From a virus (taxonomy: Duplodnaviria; Caudoviricetes), in the IMG/VR virus record IMGVR_UViG_3300025764_000010, positions 1 to 37,700 of that record: 37,700 nucleotides of DNA. One strand, given 5' to 3'. Under the pieces are notes generated by a model, which saw nothing but the letters and a program-made list of their open reading frames with translations, was not told where the DNA came from and made no database searches. Positions 26,154-35,621 of this stretch are shown here, piece by piece; position 1 is the first letter of the stretch; every line of letters starts with the position of its first letter. The position numbers were made by a program, and so were the translations under genes.

Positions 26154-26968
26154 TGGTTTATACAATTGCAGCAAAGTCCATTAAGGAAGCACAATTTAAG
26201 GCTGTAAACTTCATAATAAACAAAGGTAAGTATGCGAAGGACCAGCGGAATGAAAAAGTAAAGTTTGTAAAAAACCTCCTGATTTCCATTGATGCGGACA
26301 ACTGCGAAATTTCCAAAGACCCGTTAACTGCCCGTTGTGGTCTAATATTCGGTGAAAATCTGATCACTGGCCAAAATCCTAAACTCGAAGTTGAAGCTGT
26401 TGATTCAGACGTTCAAGATCCCGAATATAGTTACGGTGCTGAAGCTCATAAAAATGATATGGTAGAGAAAATCATCAGTCTCCTGAAAGAGCATCCTGAG
26501 ACAAGGAGAGCCGTTATACCTCTTTTTAAGCCTGAACATGTTGGGAAAACTGACATTCCGTGCATGATAAACGTCGTTTTCGACGTCGAAGATGATTTCC
26601 TTAACCTGACAATTCTTGGCAGATCTAATGAAGATGTTATAGCCATGCAGAGTGACCTGAAGGGATTTGAGATATTCCTTCGCTGGGTGGCAGGGAGAAC
26701 GGGATATGATGCGGGAAGTATCCTATTACACGTTGTCAATGCGCATATCCGAATAAACTCAGAAGCAGACTTAATAAAAAAGATTCTAAGCGATGGATAT
26801 CGAATGAGTGGAGCACAGCTCGGAGCGCAACACAACGACGCCGCATCCACTCCTGAGGGTATAATACTCAATCCTTTTTCAATCTGTCGTGTGTGTTCAA
26901 AATTCGAAGACTGTAACTGCGAAAATGATAATGTAGGCGAGTGCTCTTGGTTTTCGGAGGGTGTTTAA
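26153..26968 (+). CDS. Thymidylate synthase / dCMP-(hydroxy)methylase family protein
   Basis: PETRRAVI, catalytic IPC, RSNEDVIAMQSD and NAHI motifs. Confidence 0.8.
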   Translation: MVYTIAAKSIKEAQFKAVNFIINKGKYAKDQRNEKVKFVKNLLISIDADNCEISKDPLTARCGLIFGENLITGQNPKLEVEAVDSDVQDPEYSYGAEAHKNDMVEKIISLLKEHPETRRAVIPLFKPEHVGKTDIPCMINVVFDVEDDFLNLTILGRSNEDVIAMQSDLKGFEIFLRWVAGRTGYDAGSILLHVVNAHIRINSEADLIKKILSDGYRMSGAQLGAQHNDAASTPEGIILNPFSICRVCSKFEDCNCENDNVGECSWFSEGV

Positions 26969-26969
26969 A

Positions 26970-27275
26970 ATGCATCCTAGAAAAGCAATTGCATTTCTCA
27001 TTATATTTATATTTCTGATTTCAACCGCTGCGGCAACAAATGTAAAAAAACGTGGATATGATCATGGGTATAAAAATGGTTATAATATAGGAACATACGC
27101 CGGAAAATATGACTGTTTGAAATATGCAGAATCCTCTATACTTAGAGAAGTTACTAACATTGTTGTTTTCCCGGGTTGGTCTGTTTCTTACACAAATGGT
27201 TACAAATCGGGGTATATTGCTGGATTTGGTGCGGGATATCATCCTTCACGATTTGCGTGTCTGCGGAAGGGCTAA
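26970..27275 (+). CDS. Secreted protein with GYxxGY repeats
   Basis: Signal peptide; GYDHGYKNGY and GYKSGYIAGF. Confidence 0.65.
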   Translation: MHPRKAIAFLIIFIFLISTAAATNVKKRGYDHGYKNGYNIGTYAGKYDCLKYAESSILREVTNIVVFPGWSVSYTNGYKSGYIAGFGAGYHPSRFACLRKG

Positions 27276-27276
27276 A

Positions 27277-27993
27277 ATGCCCCCGAAAACGTGCACGAAG
27301 TATGCTGATGAAATAAAGGCGCTCTATTCTCAACTTCAAGAATATCCAGACTCCGAAACATTACAGAAGAAAATTAAACAGAAAGTCGGATCCTGGGAGA
27401 AACTACTTGATATTACCATCTTTATTGCTTCAAATGAACAACGACCGTACACATCAGAAGAGTTAGGTTATCCTACAAGATCAATGTTATTAAAACAGCA
27501 CACGAAAATTAAGCAGGTTGGAGACTTGCATGCTTACTATTCGGGCGGCGGTGTTGCTGGATGGGTTGGGGTCTTAGTAGAGCGGAAAGGCGGGAAGAAA
27601 GGGGCAGAGGATCTATACGGGACACTGATAAACGCCGATAACTGCTCCAGATTCTACAGAGAAATAGATACATTCCAGGCAGATCACCGTTTTACTCAGA
27701 TGGTCGTAATAGCCGAATGTACGCTCACTGAATTTCTACTATACGTTCCTACGTTCAATGGAAACAAACGCAACTATGACCATATAGGGGCCTCTGTTGA
27801 GTCTAGACGGGCGAAGATAAACTCACTCTATATTAGAGGCGTACCGGTTTTGTTCGCAGGAACACGAACCACGGCAATTGAGATGTATAAAGGACTTATT
27901 CGTCAGTGGATCTTAAAAAATTACGTTTCTATCCTGAAACTCGAGGTAGTTTTGGATTATCGAGAGTCATCAATCGGAGAACCGAGGGCATGA
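27277..27993 (+). CDS. ERCC4 (XPF/Mus81-like) structure-specific nuclease
   Basis: SNEQRP, VGD and VERK...EDLYGTL motifs. Confidence 0.75.
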   Translation: MPPKTCTKYADEIKALYSQLQEYPDSETLQKKIKQKVGSWEKLLDITIFIASNEQRPYTSEELGYPTRSMLLKQHTKIKQVGDLHAYYSGGGVAGWVGVLVERKGGKKGAEDLYGTLINADNCSRFYREIDTFQADHRFTQMVVIAECTLTEFLLYVPTFNGNKRNYDHIGASVESRRAKINSLYIRGVPVLFAGTRTTAIEMYKGLIRQWILKNYVSILKLEVVLDYRESSIGEPRA

Positions 27994-29576
27994 TGACCGA
28001 AGACATGACGTCATCTGAATGGCTGAGAAAGCGCTTTAATAAACTCCCTGAAAACAGCGTAGACGGGAAGATAAGCGTAGACGATGAATTGATATCCCTA
28101 ATTATTTCAAACCCCGACCTAGACACACATATAAATATAAATCCAGACCAGGTCGTTTATCCAGCGCTTGTTTATAAAAATTTAATTTTGTGCCTTGGTC
28201 TACTTGATGCAACAGATATTGAGAAAATAATTACGGTCTATGTTGGCGGTACTCTATGGGAACAAATGGACCATACAAGACGGAGGGAAGTAATATCAAA
28301 GGTTTTAGTCGATACTGAAGAAAAGCAGACAAAACCCAAGGACGAAACAAAAAAAGAAGATAGTGACTTTGACGAAAGCGATATTTCAGCAGAAGACAAA
28401 GAAAAGGCAAGGATCGAAGCGATTCGGATTTTACAGACAAGTGACCCAATAAAATATATTTTAGACACCGTGAACCAATATCACGCCGGTGACGCCAAAA
28501 CTGAAGAGGGTATATGTATTTCTATTGCGGGTCAGTCGTGCCTAAACACCGCTGGAATTCAGATAGCAGTTAATGGTGAAAGCGGAAGTGGGAAAAGCCA
28601 CGGTTTAAAAACCCATCTTCATTTAGTACCTTCGAAATATAAAATCGTAACTTCCCTTAGTGCAAAGGCCGCCTACTACATGCAAATGAAGCCAGGGACT
28701 ATAATATTTTCAGATGATACAGTGCCATCAGAGGATATGGAAGAAGTCATAAAAAGGGCAACAACAAACTATCAAGAATTTACGCAACACACAACGGTTA
28801 AAGACGGAAAAATAAATTATTATTTAATCCCGCCTAGAATAAATTGGTATCTTACAAGTGTTGATAGTGCAGTTTCCGAGCAGTTATTAAACCGGCAACT
28901 TACTTTCAATACTATAGACGATTTTTCCCAAAAGAACGCAATTTTTGAAATGCAGAAATTAGAGGCTCTGAGTGGAGAACTAGGCCTTCTTATTATAAAC
29001 GACGATGTTTTGACATGTCGCCGGATTTATGATATTATCAGGTCGAGAACATTTAAGGTGAAAATTCCGTTTGCAGATAGGATAGAACTTACTGATAAAT
29101 CAAACACTCGCACCTTCCCTCTATTTTTAGATATGATAAAAGGATACACTGTTTTCTTTCATGCACAGAGGGATACCGACGACGAAGGGTATTTACTCTC
29201 AACGGAAGGCGATTTTGAAAAAGCAAGGACATTGTTTGAATCACAGACCGAAGGTATCGTATCGAAACTCAACGAAAAAGAAAGGAAGGTAATTGATTAC
29301 ATCGGACAGCATCCACGCTGTACAATTGCCATAATAGCCAACGGGACAAAGTTTAGTTATGCGACTACGAGAACCCTACTAAAGGGCAGGAAGGACAGAC
29401 CGAGTGAAGGGCTTTTAGGAAAGGTAAAGGGATTGGAAATATCAGATGAAACACATACCGTTCACTCTGAACACGAAGGAACGAGTCTGAGCAAGAAGTC
29501 AGAATATTTCATCCTCAATGGAAAATACGATTACTGGAAAGGATTAAACAGTGGATTTATCATGCTCAAAAAGTGA
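27990..29576 (+). CDS. Replicative P-loop helicase/initiator with C-terminal winged helix
   Basis: Walker A GESGSGKS, IIFSDD and QLLNR. C-terminal LNEKERKVIDYI...TIAIIA..TKFSYATTR (wHTH-like). ATGA coupling. Confidence 0.75.
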   Translation: MMTEDMTSSEWLRKRFNKLPENSVDGKISVDDELISLIISNPDLDTHININPDQVVYPALVYKNLILCLGLLDATDIEKIITVYVGGTLWEQMDHTRRREVISKVLVDTEEKQTKPKDETKKEDSDFDESDISAEDKEKARIEAIRILQTSDPIKYILDTVNQYHAGDAKTEEGICISIAGQSCLNTAGIQIAVNGESGSGKSHGLKTHLHLVPSKYKIVTSLSAKAAYYMQMKPGTIIFSDDTVPSEDMEEVIKRATTNYQEFTQHTTVKDGKINYYLIPPRINWYLTSVDSAVSEQLLNRQLTFNTIDDFSQKNAIFEMQKLEALSGELGLLIINDDVLTCRRIYDIIRSRTFKVKIPFADRIELTDKSNTRTFPLFLDMIKGYTVFFHAQRDTDDEGYLLSTEGDFEKARTLFESQTEGIVSKLNEKERKVIDYIGQHPRCTIAIIANGTKFSYATTRTLLKGRKDRPSEGLLGKVKGLEISDETHTVHSEHEGTSLSKKSEYFILNGKYDYWKGLNSGFIMLKK

Positions 29577-29597
29577 TTTACCGCATCGGTTGTCATT

Positions 29598-29863
29598 TTT
29601 TACCACCTTTTACCGTATTTTTACCAAGCGGTTCGTGAACGGGAGACACTATTTTTCTATTTTTACCATTTTTACCATTTTACGGGAGAGAGAGAACGAG
29701 AGAAAAAAAGGGAGAAAATAAATAATTTAGAACAGTAGATAATAGATGCCTCTTAGATATGGTAAAAATGGTAAAAATATATAATAATAATAAATAAATA
29801 AGTATACTGTCAATGGTTTTGATTTTTACCAATGTGGTAAAAATACGGTAAAAGGTGGTAAAA
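29598..29863. other. Putative replication origin: nested perfect inverted repeats built of TTTTACC units
   Basis: 29-bp IR at 29598-29626/29835-29863 and 21-bp IR at 29658-29678/29759-29779. AT-rich tract at 29777-29800. Directly follows the helicase gene. Confidence 0.7.
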
Positions 29864-30002
29864 CAGCATCGGGTGATACAAATGCCAGTTTCTATACAAC
29901 AACCATCTAACACTGAAAAGAATAAAAAAGAAACATTCCTGATGAAATCACGTGAACAAATAACATCTTTCATCATCGTTTGTAATGTAGGAGGAAAAGT
30001 AA

Positions 30003-30236
30003 ATGTTGATGAGCTCTAACATATCCCTTCTCCTTAAAACTCCATCAATGGGATTTCACATCCCTGAAGAAACGATGGAGCCAAATCTCAAAAAAGATAT
30101 ACTCAATTTCCTCCGTATACATCCCGGCACGAACGCCGTCGAAGCCGCTCAGTCGTTCAGAATGAAGTGGGCGGGGTATAAGGCTAGCCACACGGAGGCC
30201 GAGCTGGTAGAGTATTTTAAAATTTGCATGGAATAA
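30003..30236 (+). CDS. Hypothetical protein
   Basis: AGGAGG RBS. Confidence 0.55.
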   Translation: MLMSSNISLLLKTPSMGFHIPEETMEPNLKKDILNFLRIHPGTNAVEAAQSFRMKWAGYKASHTEAELVEYFKICME

Positions 30237-30252
30237 AAATGGGCGGGATAAA

Positions 30253-31074
30253 ATGAAACGATGTACGAAATGTGGGATTGAGAAGGAGGAGAGCGAATTT
30301 TATCGAGATAAATCGAAAATAGACGGACTTAGGTCAAATTGTAAACAATGCGCGGCAGAATCTGATCGTTTATATCGAGTAGAAAATAAAGACTCGATTT
30401 CAATTAAAAATAGAGAATATGAACTAGAAAACCGAGCCGTTCTAAACGAGCTTGATAATGAAAAACGGGCGAGGGCCCCGGAAAAAGAGGCTAACCGACT
30501 AAAAGCATGGCGACATAAACATAAAGAACGTGTTCGTGAATCCGAAATGAGATCGAGCTTAAAATCGGAGCATCCAATGAGACCAACTGCTATCACAGAC
30601 CCCATTCTTATGGGAAAGGCATATGATATGAAGCAAACCGGTATGTGGGCTCGTGACATCGCGGAAAAACTATCCGTGGAGAGCGGGGAGAAAATAACAC
30701 ATATCTCCGTAGCGCGTTTATTCAACGGTCTAAAAGAAGAGCCTATACCAGAACTGTTAGAATCTGATTATCCGTCTTTACAAGATATTAGTTATCTATT
30801 CAACATCAAATTTAAAAAAGAAAAAACGGCGACTGTAATAAGATATCATAATACTACAATGCGACGTGACCTACTCCAGCGGATTTTAACTAAATTTTAT
30901 AAAAAGAACTTCACTTATTACGACGTTAAATATGAATGCAACGATCGAGATACGGATACTGCCTTTTTCAATCATTGGGAATATCTTTTACACTTTCATT
31001 ATATTGAACATATCACAGACACCGAATTTGGATTCTGTGATATTGTAAAACGGTGGCATATGAAATTGTTGTGA
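30253..31074 (+). CDS. Zn-finger plus HTH-like protein
   Basis: KRCTKCG..K..SEF...CKQC finger; GMWARDIAEKLS...SVAR HTH-like segment. Confidence 0.6.
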   Translation: MKRCTKCGIEKEESEFYRDKSKIDGLRSNCKQCAAESDRLYRVENKDSISIKNREYELENRAVLNELDNEKRARAPEKEANRLKAWRHKHKERVRESEMRSSLKSEHPMRPTAITDPILMGKAYDMKQTGMWARDIAEKLSVESGEKITHISVARLFNGLKEEPIPELLESDYPSLQDISYLFNIKFKKEKTATVIRYHNTTMRRDLLQRILTKFYKKNFTYYDVKYECNDRDTDTAFFNHWEYLLHFHYIEHITDTEFGFCDIVKRWHMKLL

Positions 31075-31151
31075 AAGTCAATGTAAGTAAGAAATGCACT
31101 CAAACTAAGAGGATAGACGATTTTGAAATTTGTATGCGATAAAAATAGAAG

Positions 31152-31601
31152 GTGATTGACATCTACTTCACTCCTACTAACATCCCCCAAGAACATCAAA
31201 AACTCCAATACTTCTACACTACCGTAGGCCAAAAACTCAAACCCTATAAAATTATTCTCTCGAAATCGATAAACGAAGACTGGATTTTAATCCATCCGTG
31301 GATTTCAGATACTCCTGCCAATGTCCCAGTGGAAATTCAGCAAATTTCGAAGGCGGAATATACTAAACTTTCTGACATATTCGACGAGATTGAGACTTTA
31401 AACATTCTTGGAATATCGAATCTAAAACAGATCGACGAAGAAATAAAAAGATTGGAATCAAAATTAAACATTCCTAAATTTATCATGAGGCCTTTTCAAT
31501 ATGCTGAAATTATTAAAATATTGAATCGCAGAATCGATAGGTTGACAACTTTAAAAAGTTATTTCAAATCTAATCAACAGATGAGAGTTATTTTTAATTA
31601 A
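31152..31601 (+). CDS. Hypothetical protein
   Basis: ORF in the co-oriented block. Confidence 0.5.
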   Translation: MIDIYFTPTNIPQEHQKLQYFYTTVGQKLKPYKIILSKSINEDWILIHPWISDTPANVPVEIQQISKAEYTKLSDIFDEIETLNILGISNLKQIDEEIKRLESKLNIPKFIMRPFQYAEIIKILNRRIDRLTTLKSYFKSNQQMRVIFN

Positions 31602-31652
31602 TTAGCACATCACAGCGTTAACGTTATAAAATATTAAATCGGTGATTAAAAC

Positions 31653-32003
31653 ATGCTGTTAACGAAGGAACGCGTATGTAATATAATCAAATCAACACGT
31701 AGGTGTGCTAAATTATATAGAAAGGAAAATATAAAAATAAAGGGCATTTGTTCTGCTTTGCTTTCAGAAGATGGGTACGCTATAACAGATTACGTGCATA
31801 TACAAATAAATGTAAAAACCGGAAATATATCTATTCGTCCTACGTTACAGTTTCATGGGAAATTAATTTGTATAAATGGACCAAAACGAAAATACGATTG
31901 CAATGATCTAGAAACAATTGAACTTTTTTCAAAATGGTCGAATAAACATAATGAGAAGTTGAAGCATAGGTATGATTATGTCAGTTCCGACAAAAAGACA
32001 TAG
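31653..32003 (+). CDS. Hypothetical protein
   Basis: GGTGA RBS. Confidence 0.55.
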   Translation: MLLTKERVCNIIKSTRRCAKLYRKENIKIKGICSALLSEDGYAITDYVHIQINVKTGNISIRPTLQFHGKLICINGPKRKYDCNDLETIELFSKWSNKHNEKLKHRYDYVSSDKKT

Positions 32004-32457
32004 AGTACAGGCGCCGATAAACCCCAATATTTTTCACTGGACCGGACAGCGTAAGAGGGCCGTATTATTGATAGCGGAAGGCAAAACACGGCATGCAGCA
32101 ATAGCTATAGACGTTGGGGTACATTATTCTACGTACTGGGATTGGCGCCAACATCCGATTTTCCAAGCTGAATTAAGTCGATTAACTCTTGCAAATGAAA
32201 AAGCAACTCGTGAAGGGCTCCTTAGATTAGCTTTTAGGGCAATTGAAGATAAAATTGGGAATATCGCAGATGATAGAAGTACAGTACTAGAATGGGCGAA
32301 ATTCATTGCTGATCTTCAGGGGTACATGAAGCAGAAAGTAGAGCTCGACGCTAATCTTAACCACTCCGGTTATATTTCCCCCCGCTTGATGACAGAAGAT
32401 GAATTGCAAAAGGTAATAGAAGATGATCTCCGTAAGCTCCTCGCAGCTGACACCTGA
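31972..32457 (+). CDS. terS: Terminase small subunit (HTH)
   Basis: HTH IAIDVGVHYSTYWDWRQHPIF; immediately upstream of and overlapping terL. Confidence 0.75.
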   Translation: MIMSVPTKRHRVQAPINPNIFHWTGQRKRAVLLIAEGKTRHAAIAIDVGVHYSTYWDWRQHPIFQAELSRLTLANEKATREGLLRLAFRAIEDKIGNIADDRSTVLEWAKFIADLQGYMKQKVELDANLNHSGYISPRLMTEDELQKVIEDDLRKLLAADT

Positions 32458-33940
32458 AGCAATCGATAATTACAATAAACGTTATCAATTGCGGGCTAAA
32501 TCAAATCTATTAGATTTCACTACTTTTACTAAGCGTAGTTACCGTGCTAACTGGCACCACGAGTTAATCTGTCAAAAATTAGATCAGTTCGTTTCTGGTG
32601 AAATAAAACGCTTAATTATAAGTGTTCCACCACAATTTGGGAAGTCCGAATTAGTTTCACGCCGCCTGCCCGCGTTTCTGTTTGGTAAGCACCCCGATTG
32701 TAGAATAATATCATGTTCGTATAGTGCCGACCTTGCACAACGAATGAACAGAGATGTACAACGTATTATCGACACTCCTGAATATAACTTTCTTTTCCCG
32801 AACGTAAACCTCAATGAATCGAATGTGCGGACGACATCACAAGGAAACTATCTAAGGAATTCAGATATATTCGAAATCGTCGGGCATGAAGGGGTATACA
32901 GGTCCTGTGGTATTGGTGGCGGTATAACAGGAATGTCGATGGATTATGGCATCATTGATGATTATTTGAAGAATAGGGAAGAAGCCGAGAGTCCGACTAT
33001 AAGAAATAAGATTTACGATTGGTATACCGATGTTTTCAAAACCCGCGAACAGGGTGACTCGTCTATTTTGATCACGGCAACTCGCTGGTCTGAGGATGAC
33101 CTTATAGGCAGGCTCTTAGACCACGCCGCGAAAGATGAGGATGCTGACCAATGGGAAGTAATAACATTACCTGCCCTGTCCGAAGAAGTAAGGCCGAATT
33201 ACGATATAAGAGAGGGACCTGATCTGCCTCTTTGGCCGAGTAAATATACAGAAACCTGGTTAAAAAGACGAAAGGCCAACATGCCTGTATACTCGTGGCT
33301 CTCCCTCTATCAACAAAGACCTTCCGCAGTATCAGGCAACCTCGTACAAAGTGAACAGTTTAAATATTGCACCCTTTCAGATACCATCCTTACGCTCGGA
33401 GATGATAAACGGTATATCCTTGCACAGTGCCGGATCTTCCAAACATGCGATCCCGCCGCAAGTGAGAAAACATCAGCAGACTATTTTTGCTTGGGTACAT
33501 GGGCGCAAACCCCCGATAACAATCTTGCTTTAATCGACCTGATTCATACTCGATTAGAACAGCCAAAGCAGGTTGAACTCTTCGAACAACAATATAAAAA
33601 ATGGCATCCCTTGAAACAGTGGGTAGGGTCAAGAGGGTTAGGTATAGGTCTTTTTCAGACTCTGAAAAGTAACGGGCTTCCAGTTGATGAAATCCATGAA
33701 GATGTTGACAAAGTTTCAAGGTTCATTCCTGCGGCGACGCGGATCGCTACAGGGACGGTTTATTTCTTAGAGAATCTTCCTGGGCTTCATGATTTTGAAG
33801 CGGAACTGTTGGGCTTTCCAAATACAGCGCACGACGACTATGTAGATATTTTAAGTATGTCAGTCGAGGTATTAATTAAATATCCGTTCCAAAATTTCAA
33901 TTTTAGTCTATCCAGCATTGCAACAACAAAACATAGGTAA
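32423..33940 (+). CDS. terL: Terminase large subunit
   Basis: ISVPPQFGKS, GIIDD, TRWSEDDL and LYQQRP motifs; nuclease residues CDPA and HDDYVD. Confidence 0.95.
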   Translation: MISVSSSQLTPEAIDNYNKRYQLRAKSNLLDFTTFTKRSYRANWHHELICQKLDQFVSGEIKRLIISVPPQFGKSELVSRRLPAFLFGKHPDCRIISCSYSADLAQRMNRDVQRIIDTPEYNFLFPNVNLNESNVRTTSQGNYLRNSDIFEIVGHEGVYRSCGIGGGITGMSMDYGIIDDYLKNREEAESPTIRNKIYDWYTDVFKTREQGDSSILITATRWSEDDLIGRLLDHAAKDEDADQWEVITLPALSEEVRPNYDIREGPDLPLWPSKYTETWLKRRKANMPVYSWLSLYQQRPSAVSGNLVQSEQFKYCTLSDTILTLGDDKRYILAQCRIFQTCDPAASEKTSADYFCLGTWAQTPDNNLALIDLIHTRLEQPKQVELFEQQYKKWHPLKQWVGSRGLGIGLFQTLKSNGLPVDEIHEDVDKVSRFIPAATRIATGTVYFLENLPGLHDFEAELLGFPNTAHDDYVDILSMSVEVLIKYPFQNFNFSLSSIATTKHR

Positions 33941-34066
33941 TTCAAAAAAAAAAGGTTACAGAGCCCGAAACGACCAAGAAACGGGTCCCATAGAATACCA
34001 TACAGTAAATCCACTTCAATCATTAATTAATTTCGTATTATATATATTTTATCTTTTTCCTTTTTT

Positions 34067-35428
34067 TTATAGGACTAAAGTAAAGGCGTCTAGTGTTTTC
34101 GGAATATATTTTGAATTGATAGTGTTTAGTTGTCCTCTAGCTTCCATGAGAGATCTGTTTTCTTCGTCTATATCTATTCCTACAAACCATCTGTTTAGTA
34201 GTGTACACGCTTCTAATGTAGTTCCGGAGCCTGCAAATGGATCAAGTATCAAATCTCCTTCTCTGCTGCCCATTGTTATAAGATAAGACATTAATTTAAG
34301 TGGTTTAACAGTTGGATGTTTATTTTCAATATACTTATTTTTCTCAGATTTTGCAGGTTTGGGAACTATTAAACAGGGATATGTTTTCTGTACGTGATCT
34401 GGGAGTTTTGAAGCGAACCACGCGTCAAGGTCGAAGTAGCGGGAAAATGAACCTGAATCATTATACAATCCTGAGAAACCAACATCATTATATTTTCCAT
34501 ATATACCTCCATTTTCTTCACCTAATCCACTTTTGTAAACTTTATTTTTACAATTGGGCCGTCCGCTAGGTTTTGTTATAATTCCGTTATTTAAACAGTC
34601 ATCGGATACTAAAAGATTAGCTGGAAATCGCCCCCCTCCCTCACGATCCACAATATCTCCAGGTCTACCAGGGTCGAACATTCCACCGTCCCCTTCAATC
34701 CCGCCTTTGCCAAATACTCTTTCTTTACTTCTACTAATATTTATGAATCTGTTTATGTCGCCTTTGTCATTGTCATCTTTATAGGGTATCCGACAATCAT
34801 TTAACCAAGTTACTCCGTGCCCATTTGTCAAAGCCTGATCTACGTATGTTTTTTCAGAAAGTGGTTTCATTACTACAATTATAACTTCTAAAGCGGGCTT
34901 TAAATTCATTGTGTACGCGCCGTCAAACTGTTTAGCGGCTTCTGTGGCTGGAGCAGTTATTTCTGTAATCCTGTATCCGGTTTCATCTTCTTGTAATCCA
35001 TAATCACCATAATCCGAAGATTCGGATCTTCCAGTAATTGTAAATGGATTTCTTTTTATTCCAATTACTTCACGTTTAGCCTTGCATTTACGATCAATAG
35101 CTTTTGAAATATTTTGAGACTTCGGAAAGCCGCTTGCATAAGTCCAATAAATACTAGAAAGGTTAACATTGAATCCTGCATCTTCCAACCTGATAATCAT
35201 TCTAGAAAGAACATCTTGCCTTGGAGCACACATAAAAAAACCAAACGCGCCAGGTTTCAACACTCTACAACATTCTTTTAGAGATTCCAGTGAAGGCAAT
35301 GCTTTGTCCCACGATAATCCCATGAATGAATAACCATACGGCGGATCGGTTACAATACAATCAAAAGTTTCATCAGGATATTGTTTTAGAATATCCTTAC
35401 AATCTCCTATATGTATTACATTTTTAAT
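34067..35428 (-). CDS. Beta-class N6A/N4C DNA methyltransferase, probable ATT start
   Basis: GDC...DCIVTDPPY lies upstream of the first ATG. HPTVKP and LDPFAGSGTT at the C-terminus. Confidence 0.85.
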   Translation of the reverse strand: MKNVIHIGDCKDILKQYPDETFDCIVTDPPYGYSFMGLSWDKALPSLESLKECCRVLKPGAFGFFMCAPRQDVLSRMIIRLEDAGFNVNLSSIYWTYASGFPKSQNISKAIDRKCKAKREVIGIKRNPFTITGRSESSDYGDYGLQEDETGYRITEITAPATEAAKQFDGAYTMNLKPALEVIIVVMKPLSEKTYVDQALTNGHGVTWLNDCRIPYKDDNDKGDINRFINISRSKERVFGKGGIEGDGGMFDPGRPGDIVDREGGGRFPANLLVSDDCLNNGIITKPSGRPNCKNKVYKSGLGEENGGIYGKYNDVGFSGLYNDSGSFSRYFDLDAWFASKLPDHVQKTYPCLIVPKPAKSEKNKYIENKHPTVKPLKLMSYLITMGSREGDLILDPFAGSGTTLEACTLLNRWFVGIDIDEENRSLMEARGQLNTINSKYIPKTLDAFTLVL

Positions 35429-35469
35429 TGTAACAGCTCCGTTTTTTTATACACGTTGAACCCTGCTCA

Positions 35470-35597
35470 CTTGTTTTCATTGTTCACAGTGTTAACAATC
35501 ATATAATATTAAATGTATCATATAATAGTTGCAAACTCTCCCAAAATACATACATTTTTATCCAAAAACTATACATTTTATATTGTTCACAGTGTTA
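35470..35597 (+). promoter_or_regulatory. Two copies of the palindromic late operator upstream of the portal gene
   Basis: CATTGTTCACAGTGTTAACAAT at 35478 and ATTGTTCACAGTGTTA at 35582. Confidence 0.75.
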
Positions 35598-35621
35598 TTA
35601 ATCATAATTATAGAGGAATAA

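Noticed and set aside
30253-31074. HNH homing endonuclease
   Set aside because: Has the typical N-terminal Zn finger but no recognisable HNH catalytic motif; the same applies to 22822-23376.
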